From Chthoniobacteraceae bacterium (GTDB taxonomy: Bacteria > Verrucomicrobiota > Verrucomicrobiia > Chthoniobacterales > Chthoniobacteraceae): a stretch of 64,000 bases of DNA. Positions 32,612 to 42,964 of the stretch are shown piece after piece. The first letter of the stretch is position 1. Each line of letters begins with the position of its first letter. Location of the stretch: the NCBI GenBank assembly GCA_031409655.1, contig JANNXQ010000127.1:32001-96000 (forward strand), in the 5' to 3' direction. Position numbers and translations under genes: made by a program. Below the pieces are notes generated by a model. The model was not told the origin of the DNA. It saw nothing but the letters and a program-made list of their open reading frames with translations, and searched no databases.

Positions 32612-33271
32612 ATGAAAACAAACTCCGCCCTGCTCCTCGCCCTCCTCGCCCTCGTCCTCGTTGCGCACGCCGAACCGCCGCTGGTCAACCGCTTTGAAAA
32701 AGACATCGCCGCTTACGAACTGGCAGACAAAGCGAATCCACCCGCGCCTGGCGGCATCCTTTTCACCGGCGCGTCCGGCATTCGCATGTGGACGACGCTC
32801 GCGCAGGATTTCCCCGGCCTGCCCGTGCTCAACCGCGGCTTCGGCGGCTCGCAGCTCTCGGACTCCATCTACTTCCTCGACCGCATCACGCTGCGCTACC
32901 GCCCGCGGACGATCGTCATCCAGGCCGCAGGCAACGATCTCAACGCCGGCAAATCGCCCGCCCAAGTGCTCGCGGATTTTAAAACCTACGTCGAGAAAAC
33001 CCGCGCCGCGCTGCCGGAGGTGAAGATCGTCTTCCTCAATATCGGCCCAAGTCCGAAGCGCTGGGAACAGCGTGACCAACAACACGAAACCAACCGCCTC
33101 GTGCGCGACTACATCGCTGGCGAAAAGAATCTCGCCTACGTCGATCTGTGGCCCGATTCGCTCGGCGCGGATGGGCTGCCGAAGCCGGAGCTTTACATCG
33201 CCGATCAATTGCACCCGAGCGCCGCGGGTTACGCGCTGCGCACGAAGCTCCTGCGCCCCCACATTCAGTAA
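32612..33271 (+). CDS. SGNH/GDSL-family esterase
   Basis: LFTGASGI, NRGFGGS, GND, DQLH blocks; signal peptide. Confidence 0.85.
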   Translation: MKTNSALLLALLALVLVAHAEPPLVNRFEKDIAAYELADKANPPAPGGILFTGASGIRMWTTLAQDFPGLPVLNRGFGGSQLSDSIYFLDRITLRYRPRTIVIQAAGNDLNAGKSPAQVLADFKTYVEKTRAALPEVKIVFLNIGPSPKRWEQRDQQHETNRLVRDYIAGEKNLAYVDLWPDSLGADGLPKPELYIADQLHPSAAGYALRTKLLRPHIQ

Positions 33272-33282
33272 CCATCCCACCC

Positions 33283-34677
33283 ATGAAAAAGCTCGCTCTC
33301 CTCCTCGCGTCCCTCGCCCTCCTGCATCCGGCCTTCGCCGCGCCGCCGAATGTCGTGCTGATCATGGCCGACGATCAGGGCTGGGGTGACACCAGTTACA
33401 ATGGCCACCCTGAACTCAAGACGCCGCACCTCGACGCGCTGGCCGCGAGCGGAGTGCGGCTGAATCGCTTCTACACCGCGCACTTCAACTGCTCGCCGAC
33501 CCGCGCCAGCGTGATGACCGGACGGCACCCCGATCGCATGGGTACCTTCAATCCCGGCGCACCCATCCGCGCGCAGGAACTCACCGTCGCCAAGGTTTTG
33601 CAGTCCGCGGGCTACGCCACAGGGCACTTTGGAAAGTGGCATCTCAATGGGAAGAACGGCGACAAGAACACCACGGCGATGCCGGGCCGCGCCATCCTTG
33701 CGGACGATCCGCTCTCACCGGGGAAGATGGGTTTCGACGAATGGGTCTCCGCGGATAACTTCTTCGACCTCGACCCCGTGCTCGGTCGCAACGGTGTGCC
33801 GGAAAAATTCCACGGCGACAGCTCCGACGTTACCACCGAAGAGGCGCTGAAGTTCATCAGGAAACAAGCCAGCGCCGGGAAACCCTTCCTCACCGTGGTG
33901 TGGTTTGGCTCGCCGCACGTCCCGCATCAGGCGCTGCCCGCGGACAAAGCACTCTACGCCTCGCTCTCCGACACGGAGCAAAACTACTTCGGCGAAATCA
34001 CTGCCGTAGATCGCAGCGTGGGCCGCCTGCGCGCCGCGCTCCGCGAGTTGAAGGTCGCGGATAACACCCTGCTCTGGTACAACAGCGACAACGGCGGTCA
34101 CGAGGGGCCGAAGTCCACGGGCAACCTGCGCGGGGAAAAAGGCACCCTGTGGGAAGGCGGCCTGCGCGTGCCCGGCCTCGTCGAGTGGCCTGCGCGCATC
34201 GCGAGACCCTTCACCAGCGAGACCCCGTGCTCGACGCTCGACATCTACCCGACCGTCCTCGCCGCCACTGGCGCCGTCGCGCAGAGTCAGATCCACCCAC
34301 TCGACGGCGTCAATCTGCTGCCGTTGTTCGATCGCAAGACCACCACACGCGACAGGGCGATCCCCTTCTGGAATCACGCGGGCAAACAACCCGGCCACGC
34401 GGCCCTTCTCGAGTGGCCCTATAAGTTGCACACCGATCCCGTCGCCGGTCGCGCAAAGAAAGGGGCCAAAGCCGACGCTGCAAAGATCGCGCCCGTGCTG
34501 CTCTACGACGTCTCCAAAGACCCCAAGGAAACCACCGACCTCGCCGCGCAGGAGCCCGAGCGCGTCGCGAAAATGACCGCTGCGCTGACGGAATGGAAAG
34601 CCTCCGTCGAGAAGAGCCTGGCCGGGGGCGACTATGCTGCTGGCATTCCGCTGGGAAAACCCCGGCGCGCGAAGTGA
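33283..34677 (+). CDS. Sulfatase (S1)
   Basis: PNVVLIMADDQGWGD, CSPTRASVMTGR, GKWHL. Confidence 0.92.
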   Translation: MKKLALLLASLALLHPAFAAPPNVVLIMADDQGWGDTSYNGHPELKTPHLDALAASGVRLNRFYTAHFNCSPTRASVMTGRHPDRMGTFNPGAPIRAQELTVAKVLQSAGYATGHFGKWHLNGKNGDKNTTAMPGRAILADDPLSPGKMGFDEWVSADNFFDLDPVLGRNGVPEKFHGDSSDVTTEEALKFIRKQASAGKPFLTVVWFGSPHVPHQALPADKALYASLSDTEQNYFGEITAVDRSVGRLRAALRELKVADNTLLWYNSDNGGHEGPKSTGNLRGEKGTLWEGGLRVPGLVEWPARIARPFTSETPCSTLDIYPTVLAATGAVAQSQIHPLDGVNLLPLFDRKTTTRDRAIPFWNHAGKQPGHAALLEWPYKLHTDPVAGRAKKGAKADAAKIAPVLLYDVSKDPKETTDLAAQEPERVAKMTAALTEWKASVEKSLAGGDYAAGIPLGKPRRAK

Positions 34678-34726
34678 CAAGCAAACTCGGTCCTGCACAC
34701 ACTTACTCTTTGACCTCCCCAAAACT

Positions 34727-36151
34727 ATGAAACGCATTCTCGCCCTCCTCGTCCTCGTTCTCTCCAGCTTGGCGCAAGCTGCGGAGAAACCGAACGTCCT
34801 CTTCATCGCCATCGACGACCTGAATCACTGGGTCGGACATCTCGGTCGCAATCCGCAGACGAAGACGCCGAATATCGATCGCCTGGCGAAGATGGGCGTC
34901 ACTTTCACCAAGGCCTACTGCACCGCGCCGTCGTGCAATCCTTCGCGTGCTTCGCTGATGTCGGGGCTGCGTCCGAACTCGACTGGGTGTTACAATAACA
35001 GTCAGCCGTGGCATCCGGCGATTAGCGACGACAAGCTGCTCAATACGCACTTCGCGAAGGCCGGTTACCGCGTGTATGGCGCGGGGAAGATCTATCACGG
35101 CTCCGAGCGCGGCGGCACTTGGACCGATTACGCCACGGGTGGAAAGGGCGGTGGTGCGAAGAAGGCGTTGAAGTTGCATCCATCGGCCAAGGACGGCGGC
35201 GTGCCCGGTTCCATCCGCTTCGGCCCGCTCGACAATGCCGACGAGGATATGCCGGACTACGCGACCGTGAGTTACTGCATCGAGCGGATGAATGAGCCGG
35301 GCGACAAACCTTTCTTCGTCGCCGCGGGGCTGGTGAAGCCGCACATGGATTTCTCCGTGCCAAAGAAGTGGTTCGACATGTTTCCGCTGGAGTCGATCCA
35401 ACTTCCGCCGCATCGGGAGGATGACTTGAAGGACGTGCCGCCCGCCGGTGTGAAGATGGCCAAGCCGGATGGCGATCACGCGAAGATGGTGGCCTCTGGG
35501 CGGTGGAAGGAAGCGGTGCAGGCGTATCTCGCGACGATTGCCTTTTGCGATTCGCAGGTCGGACGCCTCCTCGATGCACTGGAAAAATCACCCGCCCGCG
35601 ACAACACCATCATCTGCCTGTGGAGTGATCACGGCTGGAGCCTCGGCGAGAAATCGCACTGGCGGAAATTTGCGTTATGGGAGGAGCCGACGCGCACCGT
35701 CTTCATCTGGAAAGCGCCCGGCGTGACCGAGCCCGGCGGCGTGTGTGGCCGGCCCGTGGATTACGCCAGCGTCTATCCGACGTTGTGTGCGCTGGCGGGC
35801 CTGCCTCGGCCCGCGCACGTCGAGGGTCACGACATTTCCCCGCTGCTGAAGGATCCGAAGGCGACGTGGGAGTTTCCCGCCATCACGACCTGGGGAAGGA
35901 AGAACCACGCGATCCGCACCGAAGGCTGGCGCTACATCCGCTACGCCGATGGCGGCGAGGAGCTTTATGACGAGGCTGCCGACCCGCTCGAATACACGAA
36001 TCTCGCTGGCCACACCGAGCAAGCCGCGCGCAAAGTGGAATTCGCGAAATGGCTACCAAAAACCGACGCGCTGGACTTGCCGCACGGTCGCGGCGGAGGC
36101 GAAGAGGGCGACAAGGCGGAGAAAAAAGCGAAACGCAAAGCGGCCCAGTAA
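34727..36151 (+). CDS. Sulfatase (iduronate/choline-sulfatase-like)
   Basis: PNVLFIAIDDLN, CNPSRASLMSG, GKIYH, SDHGW. Confidence 0.92.
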   Translation: MKRILALLVLVLSSLAQAAEKPNVLFIAIDDLNHWVGHLGRNPQTKTPNIDRLAKMGVTFTKAYCTAPSCNPSRASLMSGLRPNSTGCYNNSQPWHPAISDDKLLNTHFAKAGYRVYGAGKIYHGSERGGTWTDYATGGKGGGAKKALKLHPSAKDGGVPGSIRFGPLDNADEDMPDYATVSYCIERMNEPGDKPFFVAAGLVKPHMDFSVPKKWFDMFPLESIQLPPHREDDLKDVPPAGVKMAKPDGDHAKMVASGRWKEAVQAYLATIAFCDSQVGRLLDALEKSPARDNTIICLWSDHGWSLGEKSHWRKFALWEEPTRTVFIWKAPGVTEPGGVCGRPVDYASVYPTLCALAGLPRPAHVEGHDISPLLKDPKATWEFPAITTWGRKNHAIRTEGWRYIRYADGGEELYDEAADPLEYTNLAGHTEQAARKVEFAKWLPKTDALDLPHGRGGGEEGDKAEKKAKRKAAQ

Positions 36152-36245
36152 GTCCGCGGAGTCAGCGCCCCAAGTCGCCGGCCGCCTGAACATTGAGGCT
36201 GGAGCAATTTTGATATTGGGTGCTTGCTGGCCCGTCCTTCGGATC

Positions 36246-37598
36246 ATGCCCGTCTTTCCTCGCTCCTTCTTTCACTTCCTCCTGATTATGGTGCTCGCCG
36301 GTCTGCCGTCCTGTGTGCGAGTCGCGGAGCGGCCTTTGGACGCGGGCGCTTCCGCGTCGGCTTTTTCCGGGCGCTCGCTGAACGATGCGGGGTTGCGGAA
36401 ATTTCTCGCGGGACAGGGTGCGGGCAGTGGCTCGTGGAATGTCGAACGGATCGCGCTGGCGGCCGCATATTTCCACGGCGATGTGGCCGTGGCCCGCGCT
36501 ACGGCGGAGGAAGCTGCGGCGGGAATCGGCACGGCCGGGCAGCGGCCCAATCCGGTGCTGTCCTTTTCCCCCGGCTACAACGCGACCACGCGCGGCATCT
36601 CGCCGTGGATCATCTCGCCAACGCTCGATGTGACCATTGAGACGGCCGGCAAGCGTGGCCATCGGCTGGCCGGAGCGCGGGCGCTGGCGGAGGCGGCGCA
36701 GCTCCGCGTGGCCGATGCCTCCTGGACGGCGCGGACGAAAGTGCGCGCGGCGATGCTCGACTTGTATTCTGCGGAGGAAAATGGTGCGCTGCTCTCCGCC
36801 GAAGTCGCCTTGCACGAGGAAGCGCTGAAGCGTCTCGATGCGCAGGTGAAAGCGGGCGAGTCGCCGGCCTTTGAACTCACGCAGGCCCGCCTGGCGCTGA
36901 ATCGCTCGAAGCTCGCGCAGCATGACGCGGAGAAAATCAACGCCACCTCTCGCGCGCAACTGGCCGCCGCGGTTGGCGTGCCCTCTCGTGCGTTCAGCGC
37001 CATGTACTTTGATTTTGCCGACTTCCGCGGGCTGCCCGCCGTGCCGGGCTCCAGCGCCCGCCGTCGTGCGCTCACCCACCGCGCCGATCTCCTCGCCGCG
37101 CTCGCCGACTATGCGGCGGCGGAAGCGGAGGTGCGCCTGCAAGTCGCGAAGCAATATCCCGATCTGAAACTCAGCCCGGGATACCAACTCGATCAGACGG
37201 AGAATAAGTGGTCGCTCGGCTTCGCCCTCGAACTGCCGATCCTGCATCAGAACCGCGGTCCCATCGCACTGGCCGAGGCGAAACGGAAAGCCGCCGCCGT
37301 GAACTTTGAAGCGCGGCAGGCTGCGGTCTTCGGCGAGATCGAGATTGCGCTCGCCACTTTCCAGGCCGCGCGCGCCAAGGCCGACACCGCCGCGACGCTC
37401 GCCGACGGAGCCGCGCAGGCCAGCGATACCACGCGGCGCATGGTGGACGCCGGCGAGATCGCGCCGCTGGAACTCACCCGCCGGGGCATCGAAGCCAGCG
37501 CCGCCAAGCTCTCCCGGCTCGAAGCCCGCCTGCAGGCCCAGCAAGCCATCGGTGCTCTCGAAGCCGCGCTGCAAGTGCCGCTGCGCTCGGTGCGATGA
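36246..37598 (+). CDS. TolC/CzcC-family outer-membrane efflux lipoprotein
   Basis: Lipobox-like Cys, RPNP, IETAGKR, QYPDL, LPILHQNRG. Confidence 0.88.
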   Translation: MPVFPRSFFHFLLIMVLAGLPSCVRVAERPLDAGASASAFSGRSLNDAGLRKFLAGQGAGSGSWNVERIALAAAYFHGDVAVARATAEEAAAGIGTAGQRPNPVLSFSPGYNATTRGISPWIISPTLDVTIETAGKRGHRLAGARALAEAAQLRVADASWTARTKVRAAMLDLYSAEENGALLSAEVALHEEALKRLDAQVKAGESPAFELTQARLALNRSKLAQHDAEKINATSRAQLAAAVGVPSRAFSAMYFDFADFRGLPAVPGSSARRRALTHRADLLAALADYAAAEAEVRLQVAKQYPDLKLSPGYQLDQTENKWSLGFALELPILHQNRGPIALAEAKRKAAAVNFEARQAAVFGEIEIALATFQAARAKADTAATLADGAAQASDTTRRMVDAGEIAPLELTRRGIEASAAKLSRLEARLQAQQAIGALEAALQVPLRSVR

Positions 37599-38707
37599 AA
37601 ATGGAGACGATGAAATCGCCAATGCTTGGAGGGACACGCTCCGTCGTGTCCCTGATCAAATGGGCGAAGGCGGCGCGGAGCGCGGAAGTGTGGGACACGA
37701 CGGAGCGTGTCCCTCCAGGTAGTCGTTGCCTGCTCGCGGCCATCCTTGTTTTTTCCCTGCTCTCTGCGGCTATTCTTCACGCCGCACCCGCGGCGTCGGC
37801 GCCGGCGACCGTGACCAAGGAAGCCGATCTCGTGACCGTCGTGCTCAAGCCCGAGGCGGAGCAGCGGCTCCGGTTGAAAGTCGTGCTGGTCGAGCGGCGC
37901 TCCGTGCCGGCGACGCGACTCTTCGCCGGCGAAGTAGTGCTGCCGCTCGCCGCGGCGGGCAGTCGGGTTGCGCCGGTGCTCGGTGGTACGCTCGACGAAG
38001 TGCTGCGCCTCGCCGAACTCCAGAACGCCGCCGATGGTCGCATCCTCCAGGCGCAGGTGCAGATGGACGCCGCGAAGATCGCCGTCGAGCGCGCGCAACG
38101 AGTCCTGAATGCGGAGGCCGGCAGCGTGCGTTCCGTGGATGAAGCGAAGACCACGCTCGCTCTCGCCGAAGCAGCGATGACCACCGCCAAAGCACAGCGC
38201 GAAATCCTCGGCGGACCCGTGGGCGAAGCCGGCAGTGCGCGCCGCGCCTGGGTGCGCGCGGCCATCTACAGCGGAGAGGCCGCGCTGCTCGATGCAAAGG
38301 CGCCCGCCACGATCCGCGCGCTCACTTCTTCCACCACTGGCCAGAGCGCACCGCCCGTCGCCGGCCCGCCAACGGCGAACGCCGTGACCCGCACCGTGGA
38401 CTGGTACTACGAACTCCCCGCCGCGAGCACGCTGCGCGCAGGCGAGCGCGTCGCGGTGGAAATTCCCTCCCTCGAAAGCAAGACCGAGAGCCTCGTCGTC
38501 CCCTTCGCTTCGGTGCTGCACGACATCCACGGCGGCCAGTGGGTGTATGAGCAAATCGCCGAACACACTTACACGCGCCGCCGCATTCAGGTTGCTCGGC
38601 TCGCCGGCCCCGATGCCGTGCTCGGCACCGGCCCGTCGGTCGGGAGCAAGATCGTCACCGACGGTGCCGCGGAGTTGTTCGGCACCGAGTTCATGACGGG
38701 AAAGTGA
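37595..38707 (+). CDS. RND efflux membrane-fusion (periplasmic adaptor) protein
   Basis: ATGA overlap with tolC; alpha-hairpin, LVVPFASVLHD, IVTDGAAEL. Confidence 0.85.
   Translation: MKMETMKSPMLGGTRSVVSLIKWAKAARSAEVWDTTERVPPGSRCLLAAILVFSLLSAAILHAAPAASAPATVTKEADLVTVVLKPEAEQRLRLKVVLVERRSVPATRLFAGEVVLPLAAAGSRVAPVLGGTLDEVLRLAELQNAADGRILQAQVQMDAAKIAVERAQRVLNAEAGSVRSVDEAKTTLALAEAAMTTAKAQREILGGPVGEAGSARRAWVRAAIYSGEAALLDAKAPATIRALTSSTTGQSAPPVAGPPTANAVTRTVDWYYELPAASTLRAGERVAVEIPSLESKTESLVVPFASVLHDIHGGQWVYEQIAEHTYTRRRIQVARLAGPDAVLGTGPSVGSKIVTDGAAELFGTEFMTGK
37627..37717. repeat. REP-like palindrome inside the 5' end of the MFP gene
   Basis: Perfect 26-bp inverted repeat TGGAGGGACACGCTCCGTCGTGTCCC (37627-37652 / 37692-37717). 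Confidence 0.85.
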
Positions 38708-38735
38708 TGCGCGGATGACTGCCCCGACGCCCGGG

Positions 38736-39161
38736 TCACCGGAAAATCTGCGGATGCCGCACGATGAATTCCAGCGGCGCAATCGGTTGAGGTCTGTATC
38801 CCGCATTGGCCAGCGGTGCGAAGTGTCGGTCCTCGGTGATGATGTAGTCCGCGTGCGCGGTGATCGCGCAGTCGGTGAAGGCGTTGTCGTCGGGATCGCT
38901 CACGATCACGCGGAATTGATAGTGCGGCTCCACCTTCGTCAGCGTGCCCGTCGTGACGGCCATGTGCTCCATCAAGCGCTCAAACTTTCGGCAGGCGATC
39001 ACGCCGCTCGTTTCGGTAATGACTTCGCAGTATTCCAGGAGAATCCGATTGGACACGGCCCAGTGGAGCCGCCCAGCCACGCAGGCGTCGATGATCGGAA
39101 AGAACCGGTGTGCCGGGCTCCGGCCTTGGAAGACGACGTTGGTGTCGATGCAGACGATCAC
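38736..39161 (-). CDS. PIN-domain (VapC-like) toxin
   Basis: VCIDTNV, LEY, DPDDNAF, IITEDRHF; GTG start overlaps the upstream stop (GTGA). Confidence 0.88.
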   Translation of the reverse strand: MIVCIDTNVVFQGRSPAHRFFPIIDACVAGRLHWAVSNRILLEYCEVITETSGVIACRKFERLMEHMAVTTGTLTKVEPHYQFRVIVSDPDDNAFTDCAITAHADYIITEDRHFAPLANAGYRPQPIAPLEFIVRHPQIFR

Positions 39162-39388
39162 GACTGCCGCAATCGCGCGCGAACCTCCCGGATGATCTCG
39201 GGAAGCCGGTCCCATTTGCCGGCTTTTTGTTCCGCTTCTGCATCGGCTTGGATCTCATGCCACAGGCGATCTTTCTCTGCATGCAGCAGGATCTCGTGTA
39301 CTAAGACCAAATCCTCCTCGGAGGCCGTGGCGAGTCGTTCGAGCATTTGCTCGCGCAGATCTTTTGGAATCGTCTGGGACGTCATCAT
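39158..39388 (-). CDS. Putative cognate antitoxin
   Basis: 76-aa acidic helical ORF coupled to the PIN gene. Confidence 0.72.
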   Translation of the reverse strand: MMTSQTIPKDLREQMLERLATASEEDLVLVHEILLHAEKDRLWHEIQADAEAEQKAGKWDRLPEIIREVRARLRQS

Positions 39389-39395
39389 GTTTTGC

Positions 39396-39424
39396 ACTTT
39401 GGCCCCGCGCCGTGGCGTTTTCCA
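39396..39424 (-). promoter_or_regulatory. Candidate sigma-70 promoter for a leaderless TA transcript
   Basis: TGGAAA-N17-CAAAGT ending 7 nt before ATG 39388. Confidence 0.4.
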
Positions 39425-39439
39425 CTTCCATTTCCCGTC

Positions 39440-42400
39440 ATGCTGAGCGCCATCGTCTCTTGGGCGCTGAATATGCGCGTGCTCGTGGTGGCGCTCGCCG
39501 CGGCGTTGCTCGTCGTCGGCATCAATGCGACGAAGAACGCGCCGCTGGATGTTTTCCCGGAGTTCGCGCCGCCGCTCGTCGAGGTGCAGACGGAAGCGCC
39601 GGGGCTTTCCACCGAGGAGGTGGACGCGCTCGTCACCGTGCCGCTGGAGAACTCGCTCAACGGCCTGCCTGCGCTCAAGACCATCCGCTCAAAGTCGGTG
39701 CTCGGCCTGTCCTCGGTCGTCATGATTTTCGAGACCGGCACCGACATCCTCAAGGCGCGCCAGTTTGTACAAGAGCGGCTGAACCTCGCGCAGAACCGTC
39801 TGCCCGCGGTGGTGAAGCCGCCGGTGCTCATGGCTCCGTATTCGTCCTTGAGCCGCGTGCTGAAGGTGGGCCTCACCTCGGGCACGCTCTCGCAAATGGA
39901 ACTGAGCGAGTTGGCGCTGTGGACCATGCGCCCGCGACTCATGTCGGTGCAGGGCGTGGCCAATGTCGCGATTTGGGGGCAGCGCGATAAGCAGTTCCAG
40001 GTGCTCGTCGATCCGCAGCGGCTGCGCGCCGCCGGGGTCACGCTCGATGCCGTGACGCGCGCGGCGGGCGATGCGGCGGTGATCAGCGCCGGTGGCTTCA
40101 TCGACACGCCAAACCTGCGCCTGAGCGTGACGCAACTCGGGCTCATCACCACGCCGGAGGATCTCGCGCGCACCGTCGTCGAGTTTCGCAATGGCGCACC
40201 GATCCGCCTCGGCGAGGTCGCGGAGGTGCGGGTCGGCAATCCGCCAGTCATCGGTGACGCGGTCATCAATGACGGCGACGGCATTCTCCTCATCGTGGAA
40301 AAGCAGCCGTGGGGAAACACCCTTGATGTCACCCGGGGCGTGGAAAAGGTCATGACCGATCTCAAGCCCGCGCTGCCCGGCGTGAACATCGACACCACGA
40401 TCTTTCGGCCCGCGACCTTTATCCAACTTTCCATCGATCACCTCACCGAGGCGCTGTGGCTGGGCTGCCTCCTGGTCGTCATCACTCTCGCGCTCTTCCT
40501 CGGCGACTGGCGCACGACCGTCATCAGTATCACCGCCATCCCGCTCTCGCTCGCGGTGGCGCTGCTCTGGCTGCACTGGCGGGGCGAGACCATCAATACG
40601 ATGATCCTCGCCGGCCTCATCATCGCGCTCGGCGAAGTCGTGGATGATGCGATCATCGACGTGGAAAACATCCTGCGCCGCCTGCGGCAAAACGCCGCGC
40701 TCGACGCGCCGAAAGCGAAGCTCCAGGTCGTGCTCGCAGCTTCGCTGGAAGTCCGCAGCGCCGTCGTCTATGCGAGCGTCATCATCGTGCTCGTCTTCAT
40801 CCCGGTGTTTTATCTGCCGGGACTCGCGGGCACATTTTTCAAGCCGCTCGCGCTTGCCTACATCCTCGCCATCACCGCGTCGCTCGCCGTGGCGCTCACC
40901 GTCACGCCGGCACTGAGCTTGATGCTGCTCAAGCTCAAGAACGGCGGCCATCGCGAGGCGCCCTTTGCCCGCGCGATGAAGGCGATCTATCGCGGCCTGC
41001 TGCCGATCTTTGCGCGGAGCCCCGCACTCGCCCTGATGGTGCTCGTCGCCGCGTTCGCCGGCAGCGGCTGGGTCTGGCACACGCAGTTGAAGGAGGAATT
41101 TCTGCCGAACTTCAAGGAGCGCGATTTTCTCATGCACTGGCTGGAGAAGCCGAACACCAGCGTCGAGGCCAGCAAGCGGATCACGATTGCCGCAGCCAAG
41201 GATCTCCTTGCCGTGCCGGGCGTGCGCAATCAGGGCGCGCACATCGGCCGCGCGGAGGTCGCGGATGAAGTGGTCGGCCCCGACTTCACCGAGCTGTGGA
41301 TTAGCATCGACCCGAAGGCGGACTACGACGAGACGATCCACAAGGTGCAGGCCGTCGTCGATGGCTACCCCGGCCTCACGCGCGATCTGCTCACCTTCCT
41401 CCGCGAGCGCATCAAGGAAGTGCTCACCGGCGCGAGCGCGAGCGTCGTCGTGCGCATCTTTGGCCCCGAGCTCGACACGCTGCGCACGCACGCTGCCGAA
41501 GTCAGCGCGGCGGTGAAAGACGTGCCCGGCATCAGCGCCCTCAAGGTGGAATCCCTCACGCTCGTTCCGCAGATAACCGTGAAAGTGCGGCCCGAAGCCG
41601 CGGCCCTGCACGGCCTCACCGCCGGACAAATCCGCCAGGCCGTCACCACGCTGATCAGCGGACGGAAGGTCGGCGAAGTGTATCAGGATCAGCGCGTCCA
41701 CGATGTCACCGTGTGGAGCCTGCCCGCCGTGCGCGGCGATTACACCACGCTGCGCGAACTCCTCATCGAAACGCCGAGCGGCGGCCACACGCGCCTCGCC
41801 GACGTCGCCGATCTCGCCACCGTCCCGACGCCGAATGCCATCAAACGCGAAGGCGCCTCCCGCCGCATCGACGTGACCTGCAACGTCACCGGTCGCGCGC
41901 TCGGCGAGGTCGTGCGCGAAATCGAGCGGCGCGTCGGCCAACTCACCTTCCAGCCCGGCCATCATCCCGAGATCCTCGGCGAATGGGCCGAACGCCAGGC
42001 CGCACAAAGCCGTCTTGGCTGGCTCTCGCTCGCCTCGCTCGCCGGCATCCTCGTCCTGCTCTACGCGGATTTTCAATCCATCCGCCTCACCCTCCTCGTC
42101 GCGCTCACGCTGCCCTTCGCGCTCATCGGCGGGGTGCTGGCCGCGTGGATCGGCGGCGGCGTGCTCTCGCTCGGATCGCTCGTTGGTTTTGTCACCGTGC
42201 TCGGCATCGCCGCGCGCAATGGCATCCTGCTCGTCAGCCACTACCGCCATCTCGAACAGGAGGAAGGTCACACCTTCGGCCTGCCGCTCGTCTTGCGCGG
42301 CAGCGAGGAGCGCCTCGTGCCCATCCTCATGACCGCCACCGCCGCCGCCTTCGCCCTGCTCCCGCTCGTGCTCAAAGGCAACGTCCCCGGCAACGAAATC

Positions 42401-42511
42401 GAACGCCCGATGGCCCTCGTGATCCTCGGCGGCCTCGTCACAAGCACGCTGCTGAATCTCTTCCTGCTCCCCGCGCTCTACGCGCGCTTTGGCAGGAAAA
42501 TCCCCGCTTGA
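39440..42511 (+). CDS. CusA/CzcA-family RND efflux permease
   Basis: [47 protein letters not shown]. Confidence 0.93.
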   Translation: MLSAIVSWALNMRVLVVALAAALLVVGINATKNAPLDVFPEFAPPLVEVQTEAPGLSTEEVDALVTVPLENSLNGLPALKTIRSKSVLGLSSVVMIFETGTDILKARQFVQERLNLAQNRLPAVVKPPVLMAPYSSLSRVLKVGLTSGTLSQMELSELALWTMRPRLMSVQGVANVAIWGQRDKQFQVLVDPQRLRAAGVTLDAVTRAAGDAAVISAGGFIDTPNLRLSVTQLGLITTPEDLARTVVEFRNGAPIRLGEVAEVRVGNPPVIGDAVINDGDGILLIVEKQPWGNTLDVTRGVEKVMTDLKPALPGVNIDTTIFRPATFIQLSIDHLTEALWLGCLLVVITLALFLGDWRTTVISITAIPLSLAVALLWLHWRGETINTMILAGLIIALGEVVDDAIIDVENILRRLRQNAALDAPKAKLQVVLAASLEVRSAVVYASVIIVLVFIPVFYLPGLAGTFFKPLALAYILAITASLAVALTVTPALSLMLLKLKNGGHREAPFARAMKAIYRGLLPIFARSPALALMVLVAAFAGSGWVWHTQLKEEFLPNFKERDFLMHWLEKPNTSVEASKRITIAAAKDLLAVPGVRNQGAHIGRAEVADEVVGPDFTELWISIDPKADYDETIHKVQAVVDGYPGLTRDLLTFLRERIKEVLTGASASVVVRIFGPELDTLRTHAAEVSAAVKDVPGISALKVESLTLVPQITVKVRPEAAALHGLTAGQIRQAVTTLISGRKVGEVYQDQRVHDVTVWSLPAVRGDYTTLRELLIETPSGGHTRLADVADLATVPTPNAIKREGASRRIDVTCNVTGRALGEVVREIERRVGQLTFQPGHHPEILGEWAERQAAQSRLGWLSLASLAGILVLLYADFQSIRLTLLVALTLPFALIGGVLAAWIGGGVLSLGSLVGFVTVLGIAARNGILLVSHYRHLEQEEGHTFGLPLVLRGSEERLVPILMTATAAAFALLPLVLKGNVPGNEIERPMALVILGGLVTSTLLNLFLLPALYARFGRKIPA

Positions 42512-42514
42512 TCC

Positions 42515-42952
42515 ATGGAACCCTGGAAACTCTACGCCTTCGCCGCCGCGGTCTTTGCCGGGCTCACTTCCGTCATCGCCAAGGCGGGGCTTACGACGCT
42601 CAGCGGCGATCTCGGGCTCGCGGTGCGCACGGTCTTTGTCTTCGGCTTCGTCCTGCTGAACACCTGGCTCTGGACCGGTCCGGCGAAGACCTCCGCCGCA
42701 CTGAGCGCCGCTGGCCCGCGCGCCATCCTGCTCCTCGCGCTGTCCGCGCTCACCACGACGATCTCGTGGGTCTGCTACTACCGCGCGATGAAAGACGGCA
42801 CGGTCTCCTACGTCTCGCTGGTCGATAAAGGGAGCATTCTCGTCACGCTGCTGCTCTCCGTACTGCTCCTCGGTGAACCCTTCACCTGGCGCATCGCCGG
42901 GGGTTCTACACTGATCCTCGGTGGCATGCTAATCCTGGCGGGGGGAAAGTGA
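42515..42952 (+). CDS. Small EamA/DMT-family transporter
   Basis: FAGLTSVIAKAG, SWVCYYRAMKDG, VDKGS, LLGE. Confidence 0.85.
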   Translation: MEPWKLYAFAAAVFAGLTSVIAKAGLTTLSGDLGLAVRTVFVFGFVLLNTWLWTGPAKTSAALSAAGPRAILLLALSALTTTISWVCYYRAMKDGTVSYVSLVDKGSILVTLLLSVLLLGEPFTWRIAGGSTLILGGMLILAGGK

Positions 42953-42964
42953 TGACGCGCAGTA

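Noticed and set aside
39689..42271. 860-aa minus-strand ORF, and similar long ORFs at 22125-23654, 27805-29946, 37247-38806 and 48961-50886
   Set aside because: Antisense shadows of well-supported genes in GC-rich DNA; no recognisable motifs
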